Under the pieces are notes generated by a model. It saw only the letters and a list, made by a program, of their open reading frames with translations, had not been told where the DNA came from and searched no databases. The position numbers were made by a program, and so were the translations under genes. This document shows, in pieces, positions 28,023 to 36,389 of a DNA stretch of 64,000 nt; the stretch's first letter is position 1, and every line of letters starts with the position of its first letter. This DNA comes from Bacteroidota bacterium. GTDB taxonomy: Bacteria > Bacteroidota > Ignavibacteria > UBA10030 > UBA8401. The stretch covers positions 18,876 through 82,875 of the forward strand of contig WBUG01000005.1 in NCBI GenBank assembly GCA_008933835.1, written 5' to 3'.

Positions 28023-28546
28023 AAGCGGGCGTTCACGATGCGGGCGGTGGCGGAGTTGAACTCTTCGGCCACGAAACCCGGCTCGATGCCTTTGAACACG
28101 TCCTGCGAGTTCTGGAACATCGGCGTCCGGGTCTCGGTCTCGAGCGTCGCGACCTTCTTGCCGCTCCGGTCGTAGTACGAGAACTCCACGGTGATGTACT
28201 CGAGCACGCGGTCCGTGTTGTTGACCAGCGAGAGCCGGTGCGACGGGACCCGCGCGACGTTGTCCAGCTGATACGTATGGTCGATGATGCGTATCTTGGC
28301 GAGGTCCGCCGGCGCCACCTCCTTCTCCACCCACTGCTTCTTCACCTTCGCGATGGTCTCCAGCTTTTTCTCCGCCTGCGCGTACAGCGGACTCTCCTCC
28401 GGGATGCGTTCATAATAATACTCGGCGACCTCGTACTCCTTCTTTGCGAGGTGTTCATCCCCTTTCTTCAGGTTGGCGGCGGCGTTCTCTTCGGTGTCGG
28501 CGCAGCCGGCGGCGAAGAGCAGGATGACGGTCAGCAGTGTTCTCAT
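28016..28546 (-). CDS. lipoprotein of unknown function
   Basis: 176 aa with lipobox LLFAAGC. Helical N-terminus, beta-rich C-terminus. Lies 7 nt downstream of the cysteine desulfurase gene. Confidence 0.6.
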   Translation of the reverse strand: MRTLLTVILLFAAGCADTEENAAANLKKGDEHLAKKEYEVAEYYYERIPEESPLYAQAEKKLETIAKVKKQWVEKEVAPADLAKIRIIDHTYQLDNVARVPSHRLSLVNNTDRVLEYITVEFSYYDRSGKKVATLETETRTPMFQNSQDVFKGIEPGFVAEEFNSATARIVNARFQ

Positions 28547-28553
28547 GGTTCCC

Positions 28554-29729
28554 TCATGGTGTCGACGTTCGCAGGAATCGTGTGATGATGCCGCGGAAGA
28601 GTCCGGCCGCGTGCCGTGCGTCGTCCAGCGTGTTGCCGGCCCCGAACGAGAATCGGACGGTGGCGCGGGTGGTCCGTTCGTCCCGCCCCATCGCCAGGAG
28701 CACGTGCGACGGCTGTACGCTGCCGGACGTGCAGGCGGAACCGCTGGAGGCGGCGACCCCCTGCAGGTCCAGGCTCATCAGCAGCGCTTCGCCGTCCGCC
28801 TCGTACACCGCGGGATCGAGCGAAAGGCTGAGGATGTGCGGCACTCCCTTCCCGTCCGCGTTGATGAGCAGGCCCGGCACATCCTTCCGGAGCTCATCGA
28901 GCATCGCCGAGCGGCACGCCGATGCGTGTTCGCGGAGCGCGGCACGGTTCCGTTCCGCCAGTTCGGCCGCGCGGGCGAACCCGACGATGAGCGGAACATT
29001 CTCCGTCCCCGCCCGCATCTTCCGCTCCTGCGCCCCGCCGTACAGCAGCGCGTCCACTTCGGTGCCGCGCCGGACATAGAGCGCGCCGACCCCTTTGGGA
29101 CCCCCGATCTTGTGACCGGAGAAGGACACGATGTCGGCTCCCAGTGCCCGCACATCCATCGCCAATTTCCCGAACGCCTGCACGGCGTCCGTGTGCATCA
29201 CTCCGTTCCTTGTCCTCACGAGCGAAGCGACCTCCGTGACCGGCTGAACGGCGCCGGTCTCGTTGTTGACCAGCATGACCGACGTCACGCCCGGTCCCGA
29301 CGGGATGAGCCGTTCCGCCTCGCCAAGGTTCAGGACGCCGTCCGAACCGACCGGCAACTGCACGACCCGCACGCCGGTTCCGGCAAGATGTCCGGCGCAT
29401 TCCAGCACCGCATGGTGCTCGACGGCCGAAACGGCGAGAGCAGCATCCGGTTCCCGGCGGCGAAGTGCCGCCACGGCCCCTGTCAGCGCGTGATTGTCCG
29501 ATTCGGTGCCGCCGCCGGTGAAGTACACCTCCGCCGGCTCCGCGTTGATGAGCCGTGCGAAGGACTCGCGGCTCTCTTCCAGCGCCGCCTTGGCGCGGCG
29601 GCCGGGAGCGTGCACCGAGGAGGCGTTGCCGTACGTGCCGGACATGCACGCCGCCACCGCTTCGACGACGGACGGGTCCGGCGGCGCGGAGGCGCTGTGG
29701 TCCAGGTAGATGCGGCGTTCCGTCGTCAT
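28554..29729 (-). CDS. cysteine desulfurase (NifS/IscS family)
   Basis: 391 aa. PLP-lysine context SFSGHKIGGPKG and catalytic-Cys loop SSGSACTSG. Confidence 0.9.
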   Translation of the reverse strand: MTTERRIYLDHSASAPPDPSVVEAVAACMSGTYGNASSVHAPGRRAKAALEESRESFARLINAEPAEVYFTGGGTESDNHALTGAVAALRRREPDAALAVSAVEHHAVLECAGHLAGTGVRVVQLPVGSDGVLNLGEAERLIPSGPGVTSVMLVNNETGAVQPVTEVASLVRTRNGVMHTDAVQAFGKLAMDVRALGADIVSFSGHKIGGPKGVGALYVRRGTEVDALLYGGAQERKMRAGTENVPLIVGFARAAELAERNRAALREHASACRSAMLDELRKDVPGLLINADGKGVPHILSLSLDPAVYEADGEALLMSLDLQGVAASSGSACTSGSVQPSHVLLAMGRDERTTRATVRFSFGAGNTLDDARHAAGLFRGIITRFLRTSTP

Positions 29730-29786
29730 GAAAAAATATATCCTAAAAATTCCCGAAACGCAAAGCGGCGCTCCCCCGGTAATGGA

Positions 29787-29809
29787 AAAGGCGGGGAAAC
29801 CCCGCCTTT
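29787..29809 (-). terminator. intrinsic terminator after the sigma / anti-sigma / LTXXQ genes
   Basis: Minus strand reads AAAGGCGGGG-TTT-CCCCGCCTTT followed by TCCATT. Confidence 0.6.
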
Positions 29810-29826
29810 CGCTTCGTCCGAACCCG

Positions 29827-30291
29827 TCATTCTCGTCTCAACCGGGGCCGCTGATTCTCGCGCATGATGTCCCGGATGTCCCGCACGAAATCGCGCTCGA
29901 AGACGATGTATGCCGCCACCTGCTTCTGGGTGAGGAGGTCCTTGAGTCCTGCGATGAAGGCGGCCCGTTCGGCGACCGCGTTCCGTTCCGCGTCGGCGAG
30001 CCGGGCGAACGCCTTCTGATACTCCGCATCGGAGGCGTTCCGTTCCGCCAGCTTCGCGACGTCGTCCACCACTGCGGAGCGTTCCTTCTCCAGGTTCTTC
30101 ATGGACTCCCGGTGCCGCGTGTATCGGTTCACCAGTTTCACGCCGGTCTCCTCGTCGAGAGCGAGCGCTTCGATCATCCGGACCTTCTTCAGACTTTCGA
30201 GCCGTTCCATCGCCCGTCCGCCGAGCGCCGGTTCGCGCTGGGCGAAGAGCAGGGACGAAAGGGCGGTCAGAAGCAGCAGCATCCTGTTCAT
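29827..30291 (-). CDS. periplasmic LTXXQ-motif protein (CpxP/Spy-like)
   Basis: 154 aa. Signal peptide MNRMLLLLTALSSLLFA|Q. All-helical, charged, and contains LLTQKQ (LTXXQ). Confidence 0.55.
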   Translation of the reverse strand: MNRMLLLLTALSSLLFAQREPALGGRAMERLESLKKVRMIEALALDEETGVKLVNRYTRHRESMKNLEKERSAVVDDVAKLAERNASDAEYQKAFARLADAERNAVAERAAFIAGLKDLLTQKQVAAYIVFERDFVRDIRDIMRENQRPRLRRE

Positions 30292-30301
30292 CGTTCCTCC
30301 G

Positions 30302-30919
30302 TCAAGGGGCCGACCGCTGCGACAGTCCCGCGACGATCGCCTCGATCTCCTGTTCGTTCAAGTGTGAAAGCAGTTGGGTATCGGTCAGCACGGTGCCGTC
30401 GGACGGCACGGCGCTGACGCTTTCGCCGTTCAGCAGCACGCTCCGCACCACCGCTCCGTCCGCCAGCGCGAGCAGCCGCTGTTCGCCGGAGACGCCTCCG
30501 TCCAGCAGCTCCGCTCCTGCATCGAACCAGCCCTCTTCTTCCGCAGCGGCGGCGAGGACCGATGCCGGCGCGGGCTCGTCGTGCAATGCGGGATAGAGTC
30601 CCGCCATCACCGCGATGATGAGCAGCGCGGCGGCCGGCGCGGCGAGGGGCTGGAACCACGACGGTACGGCGAAGGCGATGCGGAACGGGCGGCGCCGGAT
30701 CCCCGACCGCACGGCGGAGAGGAGTCCGTTGAAATAACCTTCCGGTACGGGGGGCGTTTCCTGCCGGCGGAGTTCCGCGAACGCGGCACGCAGGTCTTCC
30801 AGCTCGGAACGCCGTTCCGGCGACCGGCGGAGAAGCTCCTCCAGTTCAGCCTTCCGTTCCGCGGGAAGTCTTCCTTCCGCCTCCGCGAGCAGCAGGTCTA
30901 TCGATTCATCGTAGTTCAT
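30302..30919 (-). CDS. putative anti-sigma factor (single-pass membrane protein)
   Basis: Start trimmed to ATG 30919 (MNYDESIDLLLAEAEG), overlapping the sigma gene end by 14 nt. One TM span (AAPAAALLIIAVMAGLY). No HxxxCxxC zinc motif. The call rests on context only. Confidence 0.5.
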   Translation of the reverse strand: MNYDESIDLLLAEAEGRLPAERKAELEELLRRSPERRSELEDLRAAFAELRRQETPPVPEGYFNGLLSAVRSGIRRRPFRIAFAVPSWFQPLAAPAAALLIIAVMAGLYPALHDEPAPASVLAAAAEEEGWFDAGAELLDGGVSGEQRLLALADGAVVRSVLLNGESVSAVPSDGTVLTDTQLLSHLNEQEIEAIVAGLSQRSAP

Positions 30920-31460
30920 GTCGCAGCGCCTCTCCGATCTTCTGTACCGCATGAAAGTAGTTCGCCTTCAGTCCGCCGACGCTCGTCCGGAGCATCTTCG
31001 ATATCTCTTCGTACGGCAGCTCTTCATAGTACCGCAGGACGAACACCTTCTTCTGTTTCTCCGGCAGCCGCTCCACCGCCCGACGGATGGCCTCGCGCCG
31101 TTCGGCCGCCAGCAGTCTCTCTCCGGGGGTCTCGTCGGCCGACGCCGCCGGTTCGGCCGGTTCGTCCTCCCGCGAGAAGGTCTTCCGGATCTTCCGCCGG
31201 CGCAGTTCGTTCAGGGAGAGATTGACCGCGATACGGTACAGCCAGGTGAAGATGCCCGAGTCCCCCTTGAACGACGGCAGCGCTTCGTACGCTTTGATGA
31301 AGACGTTCTGTGTGATGTCGTTCGCGTCGTCATGGTCGTTCACGAGACGGCGTACGGTCCAATAGACCCGTTCCTGGTACCGTGTCACCAGATGATTGAA
31401 CGCCCGCTCGTCACCGTGCTGGAAGTCGTGGATGAGCTGCTTATCGTCCGGGCGGTCCAT
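30906..31460 (-). CDS. ECF-type RNA polymerase sigma factor
   Basis: 184 aa. Region 2 is DITQNVFIKAYEAL...FTWLYRIAVN. Region 4 is VFVLRYYEELPYEEISKML. Confidence 0.9.
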   Translation of the reverse strand: MDRPDDKQLIHDFQHGDERAFNHLVTRYQERVYWTVRRLVNDHDDANDITQNVFIKAYEALPSFKGDSGIFTWLYRIAVNLSLNELRRRKIRKTFSREDEPAEPAASADETPGERLLAAERREAIRRAVERLPEKQKKVFVLRYYEELPYEEISKMLRTSVGGLKANYFHAVQKIGEALRHELR

Positions 31461-31471
31461 GAAGTATGACG

Positions 31472-31501
31472 TTTTGACACATCACCGAACGGCGGAGTTT
31501 A
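31472..31501 (-). promoter_or_regulatory. candidate ECF (sigmaE-like) autoregulatory promoter
   Basis: Minus strand reads TAAACTC, a 17-nt spacer, then TCAAAA, resembling GGAACTT-N16-TCAAA. It would leave a very short leader. Confidence 0.3.
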
Positions 31502-31505
31502 ACCC

Positions 31506-33140
31506 TCAATAAAAGTTGTACCGGAGCGAGAAGAACAGGTCGAATTCGCCGGCATAATCGGCGGTACCGCGGTCCGCTTCGGAGGTGTACCGCGAGCGCT
31601 GTATCCACAGGTCCGCGAAGAGGTCGCGCAGCACTTCGTAGCGGGCGGTGAGACCGAGGGACTGCGACTTGGTGCGGGGACCGTAGAGGAAGTCCGGCGT
31701 CGGAAGCTGGTACTGCCGGACGGTGGAATCCTTCCACCCTTTGCGGAGCGACTCGAACTGAATCGCGAGCGTCATGGAACGCATCGGCTGCCACTGCGCC
31801 TGGATGAAGAAGAGATCGCCGTTCTGTCCGAGCCAGTGACCGAGGTCCACGCCGTGGCTCTGGAAGGTGGCGTCCGGGAACTTATGGTTGTACACCCATG
31901 GATTGAGCCGTGTGTACTCCACGGTGAGCCGCGTGTCGGGCATGACGAGGTCGTACGCCCGGATGCCGGTGGTGAACGCGAGCTGGTTCCTCTGCCGGTG
32001 AGAGAGGTAGAAATCCTCGGTGGAGAACTCGTCCAGAAAGAGTGAAAAATAGAGGTTGTAATCCCGGACCACGTTCAGGTCAGCGCTCATGAACATCTGC
32101 GAGTTGTCCGTGTCGTACATCCAGTGTTCCGCTCCTTTGAAGAACATGAAGGGGATGAGGTAGAGGACCTCGGGATTGCGTCCGCCGTAGATCTCCGATT
32201 CGCCGATGGCGATGTCCACGCCGTCCCACAGCGAGAACTCCACCATGTGCGCGGCGATGTACTTCTGCCGGAAGATGACGCGCGTCAGGGGCTCGCCGTA
32301 CCCCGTCACCGCGTAGGTGCGGAGGGAGTCCATGGAGTTCGAATGGAGCCAGCCGTGGAGGTAGGTGAACGTGATATCGTCCCCCAGCGGCATGCGGAGT
32401 TTTATCTGCGGATACGAAGGCGCTTTGTTGGAGAGGATGATGGTCCCCCGTTCTGCCGTTCCCCACACGTTGTGCATCTTTTCGACGGAGAGGGCGGCGC
32501 CGGCGATATCGAGATTCATCTGTGCATCGATGGGATCGTACTCGTACGAGCGCGGGAAGAGGTTCCGGGCGATGGCCTCGGCCGGTTCGGGTGTGAGGGG
32601 CCGTGAGACCGTCCCGGCGAAGACGCCGGGGACACGGTACACCGTGTCCAGGTGCGAACCGGACTCGCGGTTGTCCCGCAGGTTGAAGTACGCGCCGATC
32701 ATGGAGCCGACATAGCCGTACACGTTCCCGCCGTTGGAGATGACGGTGGTGTTCGTCCCGTCCGGACGGCGCCGGTACGCGTATCCGCCGTTCACATTCA
32801 CGTTGAAGAGCGCCGTGCCGCTCTGATACTGGTAGAGACTCCACCGTTCTTCGATGACGTTCTCGTAGCCGATGCGGGTGAGCTCCTGGAAGAACTCCTC
32901 CTTGAAGAAGAGCTGTTCGTCGCTCTCCACGTCGGACAACGGGAGCGAGGTCGTGTCGATCATCGCCAGGAACCGCGCCACGTCGGTGCGCGACAGCGGC
33001 TTCACTTCGTCCCGGTATCCGGCGATGAACTGCTTCGCCTCCATCTTGTCCAGGTACCGGTAGACCGGATGCGTGACCGGAAGGTAGACCGTCTGCGCGG
33101 CCGCGAGGACCGGAAGCAGCAGCATCAGCAATCGTTTCAT
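31506..33140 (-). CDS. outer-membrane beta-barrel protein, capsule-assembly Wzi-like
   Basis: Start trimmed to ATG 33140 (MKRLLMLLLPVLAAA|Q). N-terminal helical motif HPVYRYLDKMEAKQFIAGY...KPLSRTDVARFL. Long run of alternating beta-strand-like sequence ending in RYNFY. Family assignment is from memory of the motif. Confidence 0.6.
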   Translation of the reverse strand: MKRLLMLLLPVLAAAQTVYLPVTHPVYRYLDKMEAKQFIAGYRDEVKPLSRTDVARFLAMIDTTSLPLSDVESDEQLFFKEEFFQELTRIGYENVIEERWSLYQYQSGTALFNVNVNGGYAYRRRPDGTNTTVISNGGNVYGYVGSMIGAYFNLRDNRESGSHLDTVYRVPGVFAGTVSRPLTPEPAEAIARNLFPRSYEYDPIDAQMNLDIAGAALSVEKMHNVWGTAERGTIILSNKAPSYPQIKLRMPLGDDITFTYLHGWLHSNSMDSLRTYAVTGYGEPLTRVIFRQKYIAAHMVEFSLWDGVDIAIGESEIYGGRNPEVLYLIPFMFFKGAEHWMYDTDNSQMFMSADLNVVRDYNLYFSLFLDEFSTEDFYLSHRQRNQLAFTTGIRAYDLVMPDTRLTVEYTRLNPWVYNHKFPDATFQSHGVDLGHWLGQNGDLFFIQAQWQPMRSMTLAIQFESLRKGWKDSTVRQYQLPTPDFLYGPRTKSQSLGLTARYEVLRDLFADLWIQRSRYTSEADRGTADYAGEFDLFFSLRYNFY

Positions 33141-34465
33141 CAGATGTTCCCTGCCTTGGTGAGTATGGCGCGGAGGGCGTCGTACGGAACGGCGCGCACA
33201 CCGGTGCCGTTCCGGACAGCGAGCGCCGCGGCGGTGCCGGCCGCTTCGCCGGTGGCGGACGATGTCGCCTGGATGCGCAGCGCGGCATGCCCCTCCCGCG
33301 TTGAGGAGATGGAACGGCCGGCGGTGAGAAGGTTCTCCAGTTCCTTCACGATGAGGGAACGGACGGGGATCTGGTAGTACTCCCCCTCCTTCAGATATTC
33401 CATCACCGATCTCTCCCCCTTCTGTCCGTGGATGTCCACCCCGTAGTTGGCGCGCGCCACGGCGTCGTCGAACCGCGCGCCGCCGCGGACATCGGCCCCG
33501 GTCACGGCGTATTCCCCCACCGCACGCCGGGTCTCCCGGACCCCCACCTGCACGCTCGTCTCGATGAGATAGGACGACGCGAAGCCGGGACATTCCCTCT
33601 TCAGCAGCGCGGCCGCGCGCATCGCCTGCCGGCGCCCCTCCAGCTCCGCCGCGGTGAGGTCGGCCGACGAAGAGCCGTCGCGACCGAGGATGTTCGTGGT
33701 GTTGAACGCCGCTTCGCCGCTCCCCGGCAGGCTCGTGAAGAAGAGGTACGGAACGTCCTCCGGCAGGTCGCCGGAGGCGTGCGCCCTCGCGACGGTGTCC
33801 CTGTACCCCGCGATGGAGACGATCTTCGACGGTTCGTACCGCCAGGTGGACCAGTCGAAGTACTGTTCCGGCCGGGCGCGGACGTCGTCGCAGGCGGCAC
33901 GGAGATCGATGCCGCCGATGCGGAAGAACATCGTCATCGCCTGGAGCTTTCCGGTCGCTTCGTCCCCTTTCACCCACGGCGCACCGGCGGCAAAGAGAAG
34001 CTCAGCATCGCCGGTCGTGTCGATGAAGCAGGCCCCTTCGACCGTCCGTTCGTCCGTCCCGCAGCGGAGGGTGACCGCTTCGATGCGCGGTCCGTTCCGC
34101 CGTACGCCGATGATGGAGGTGAGCAGGGCGGTCTCCGCGCCCGATTCCCGCAGCATGCGTGCGGCGGCCTGTTTGAAGGCGAGCGCGGAGAAGCCGTTCT
34201 CCACCATTCCGCCGATGGCGGCCATATGGGCGTTCAGTTCCTCGAAGATGCCCCCCACGAGCGGGACCCGCGTCCCGTCCTCCTGTTGGATCCAGTATTT
34301 CATGAACGGCGTCACCATCCCGGCGGTGGACATACCGCCGACGAATCCGTACCGCTCGACGAGGAGCGTCGAGGCTCCCTGCCGGGCGGCGGCGACCGCG
34401 GCGGAGATGCCGGCGATGCCGGCGCCGGCGACGATGACGTCGTATGTCGGCCGAAGCTCCGACAC
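33140..34465 (-). CDS. FAD-dependent oxidoreductase (paralogue 1)
   Basis: 441 aa. Dinucleotide fold YDVIVAGAGIAGISAAVAAARQG then LLVERYGFVGGMST. GTG start. One-nt overlap with the Wzi-like gene. Confidence 0.8.
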   Translation of the reverse strand: MSELRPTYDVIVAGAGIAGISAAVAAARQGASTLLVERYGFVGGMSTAGMVTPFMKYWIQQEDGTRVPLVGGIFEELNAHMAAIGGMVENGFSALAFKQAAARMLRESGAETALLTSIIGVRRNGPRIEAVTLRCGTDERTVEGACFIDTTGDAELLFAAGAPWVKGDEATGKLQAMTMFFRIGGIDLRAACDDVRARPEQYFDWSTWRYEPSKIVSIAGYRDTVARAHASGDLPEDVPYLFFTSLPGSGEAAFNTTNILGRDGSSSADLTAAELEGRRQAMRAAALLKRECPGFASSYLIETSVQVGVRETRRAVGEYAVTGADVRGGARFDDAVARANYGVDIHGQKGERSVMEYLKEGEYYQIPVRSLIVKELENLLTAGRSISSTREGHAALRIQATSSATGEAAGTAAALAVRNGTGVRAVPYDALRAILTKAGNI

Positions 34466-34467
34466 GG

Positions 34468-35163
34468 TCAGTTGATCTTGGAGAGCATGACGTCGACGAA
34501 GCGCCGCGTGACGACCCGCGGCCGCGTGATGGCGGTGCCGACGACGACCGCGTGGGCGCCGAGCATGAGGGAACGCTTCGCCTGTTCCGGCGTCCAGATG
34601 CGCCCCTCGGCGATGACCGGAACCTTCACCGCGTGCGCCAGACGGCGGAGCAGTTCGTCGTCCGGCTGCTCCGTGGCGTAGCGTTCGGTGTACTCGGTGT
34701 ACCCGGAGAGCGTGGTGGCCACCAGGTCCGCTCCCATCTCCGCGGCGCGGATCCCCTCCTCGTACGTGGCGATGTCCGCCATGAGCGGGACCTGGTACCG
34801 CTCCCGCACGTCGTCGAAGAACTCCACCCCGTCCATGCCGTTCGGCCGTTTCCGCGGCGTCACATCGAGCGCGACGATGTCCGCCCCTGCCTCGAGCACG
34901 GCGTCCACATCGGCGAAGTCCGGCGTGATACAGACCCAGCCGTTCGCGAACTGTCCCTTCACGATGCCGATGACGGGAAGCGACACGGCGGCGCGTACGG
35001 CGCGGATGTTCTCGGCTCCCTGCGCCCGGATGGCGGCGGCCCCGCCCATTTCGGCCGCAAGGGCGAACTTGGCGATGAGCTCCGGCGTATTGAACGGGTC
35101 GTCCCCTTCCGCCTGGCAGGAGACGATGAGCCCGTGTTTGAGTCTGGTGATGAGTTCGTTCAT
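34468..35163 (-). CDS. nanE: N-acetylmannosamine-6-phosphate 2-epimerase-like
   Basis: 231 aa. GLIVSCQA, GGAAAIRAQG, LPVIGIVK, LMADIATYEEG and ATTLSGYTEYT match the NanE pattern. Confidence 0.8.
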   Translation of the reverse strand: MNELITRLKHGLIVSCQAEGDDPFNTPELIAKFALAAEMGGAAAIRAQGAENIRAVRAAVSLPVIGIVKGQFANGWVCITPDFADVDAVLEAGADIVALDVTPRKRPNGMDGVEFFDDVRERYQVPLMADIATYEEGIRAAEMGADLVATTLSGYTEYTERYATEQPDDELLRRLAHAVKVPVIAEGRIWTPEQAKRSLMLGAHAVVVGTAITRPRVVTRRFVDVMLSKIN

Positions 35164-35191
35164 AAGACGTCCTGTAGTGTTGTTCGTCGTT

Positions 35192-36382
35192 CTAGGACCG
35201 CATCGCGGCGGCGATAGTGCCGGCCGCTTCGCCGAGCTTCATGCCCGCGGGCTGATTGTTCGTCGAGAAGAGCGCCACCGGCGGGAGGATGGCCCGGCCA
35301 GTGACGAGCAGATTGTCCGCCACAGCGACCATCAATGACCGTTTCGGAACCTGAAAACTCGTGTGCACGCTCCCCGGCATGGCGACCGGACCGACGGCAT
35401 CGGCGTACGATTCTCCGCTCATCATCCGCGCGGGGGTCACGGGAATGACCCCTTCGATGCGGCGCGGTGCGTGGAATCCGAACTGCGGCGGCGTGACGAG
35501 GATGCGCGCGGAAGCGAACCCCGGTACCGTCTCCGCCAGGAACGTCATCGCTTCCGGCGGGACCGTCTGCATCAGCATGCCGGCCCGCGAGACGCTCTCG
35601 ATGGAGCCGGGATCGACCGACGGGAACGAGAGCATGGCGATGACGGCGTTCCCGGGAACGGAGTCGCTGACCGCTTCGAACGTCTCCACCGGTGCGAGAT
35701 CGGACCGGCGGCGCGACCATTCCGACGCAGCGTCCCGGAATCCGGTGAGCGCGAACGAACCGTCCTCCCGGAACTCCGCCAGCGGGAACTGATGCCGTTC
35801 CGCGAGGACGAAATCCCGGAGCGCGGCATGGTCCACGCCCGTGACGGAGAACCGGTACGATACGGACGACGGATTCCGGAGATGCCGCGCTCCGGCCGCG
35901 ACGGCCAGGTCGCCCGTTCCGGTGGCGTCGATGAACCGGCGTCCCGCCATCGACACGATCCCCTCGCGGCAGTGCAGGGAGACGGATTCGATGAGGCGCC
36001 CACGGAGCTGCTCGCCGACGAACTCCGCATGCAGCAGCAGGGAGACTCCCGCCTCCTCGGCCAGTTCCTGCAGGACGAACTTCAGCACTTCCGCATCGAA
36101 CGGAACGGCGGAGCCCTCCCCTTCGGACACGTGACCGGGACTTCCGCCGAGCCTGACCAGCCGGTCGACGATCTCCTGACCGATGCCGGCGACGACGCGC
36201 TTTCCTCCGGCGAAGAAACCGCGCCACGGCGTGAACATCGCCTGCGTGGCGGTGCCGCCAAGGAATCCGTACCGTTCCACCAGCGCCGTGCGCCGCCCCC
36301 GGCGTGCGGCCGCAACGGCGGCACAGGTGCCGGCCATCCCGCCGCCGATGACGACGATATCGTAAGGTCCGTTCTGTGTCAT
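35192..36382 (-). CDS. FAD-dependent oxidoreductase (paralogue 2)
   Basis: 396 aa. YDIVVIGGGMAGTCAAVAAARRG then ALVERYGFLGGTAT. Clearly a paralogue of the 33140-34465 product. Confidence 0.8.
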   Translation of the reverse strand: MTQNGPYDIVVIGGGMAGTCAAVAAARRGRRTALVERYGFLGGTATQAMFTPWRGFFAGGKRVVAGIGQEIVDRLVRLGGSPGHVSEGEGSAVPFDAEVLKFVLQELAEEAGVSLLLHAEFVGEQLRGRLIESVSLHCREGIVSMAGRRFIDATGTGDLAVAAGARHLRNPSSVSYRFSVTGVDHAALRDFVLAERHQFPLAEFREDGSFALTGFRDAASEWSRRRSDLAPVETFEAVSDSVPGNAVIAMLSFPSVDPGSIESVSRAGMLMQTVPPEAMTFLAETVPGFASARILVTPPQFGFHAPRRIEGVIPVTPARMMSGESYADAVGPVAMPGSVHTSFQVPKRSLMVAVADNLLVTGRAILPPVALFSTNNQPAGMKLGEAAGTIAAAMRS

Positions 36383-36389
36383 GCTCTCC

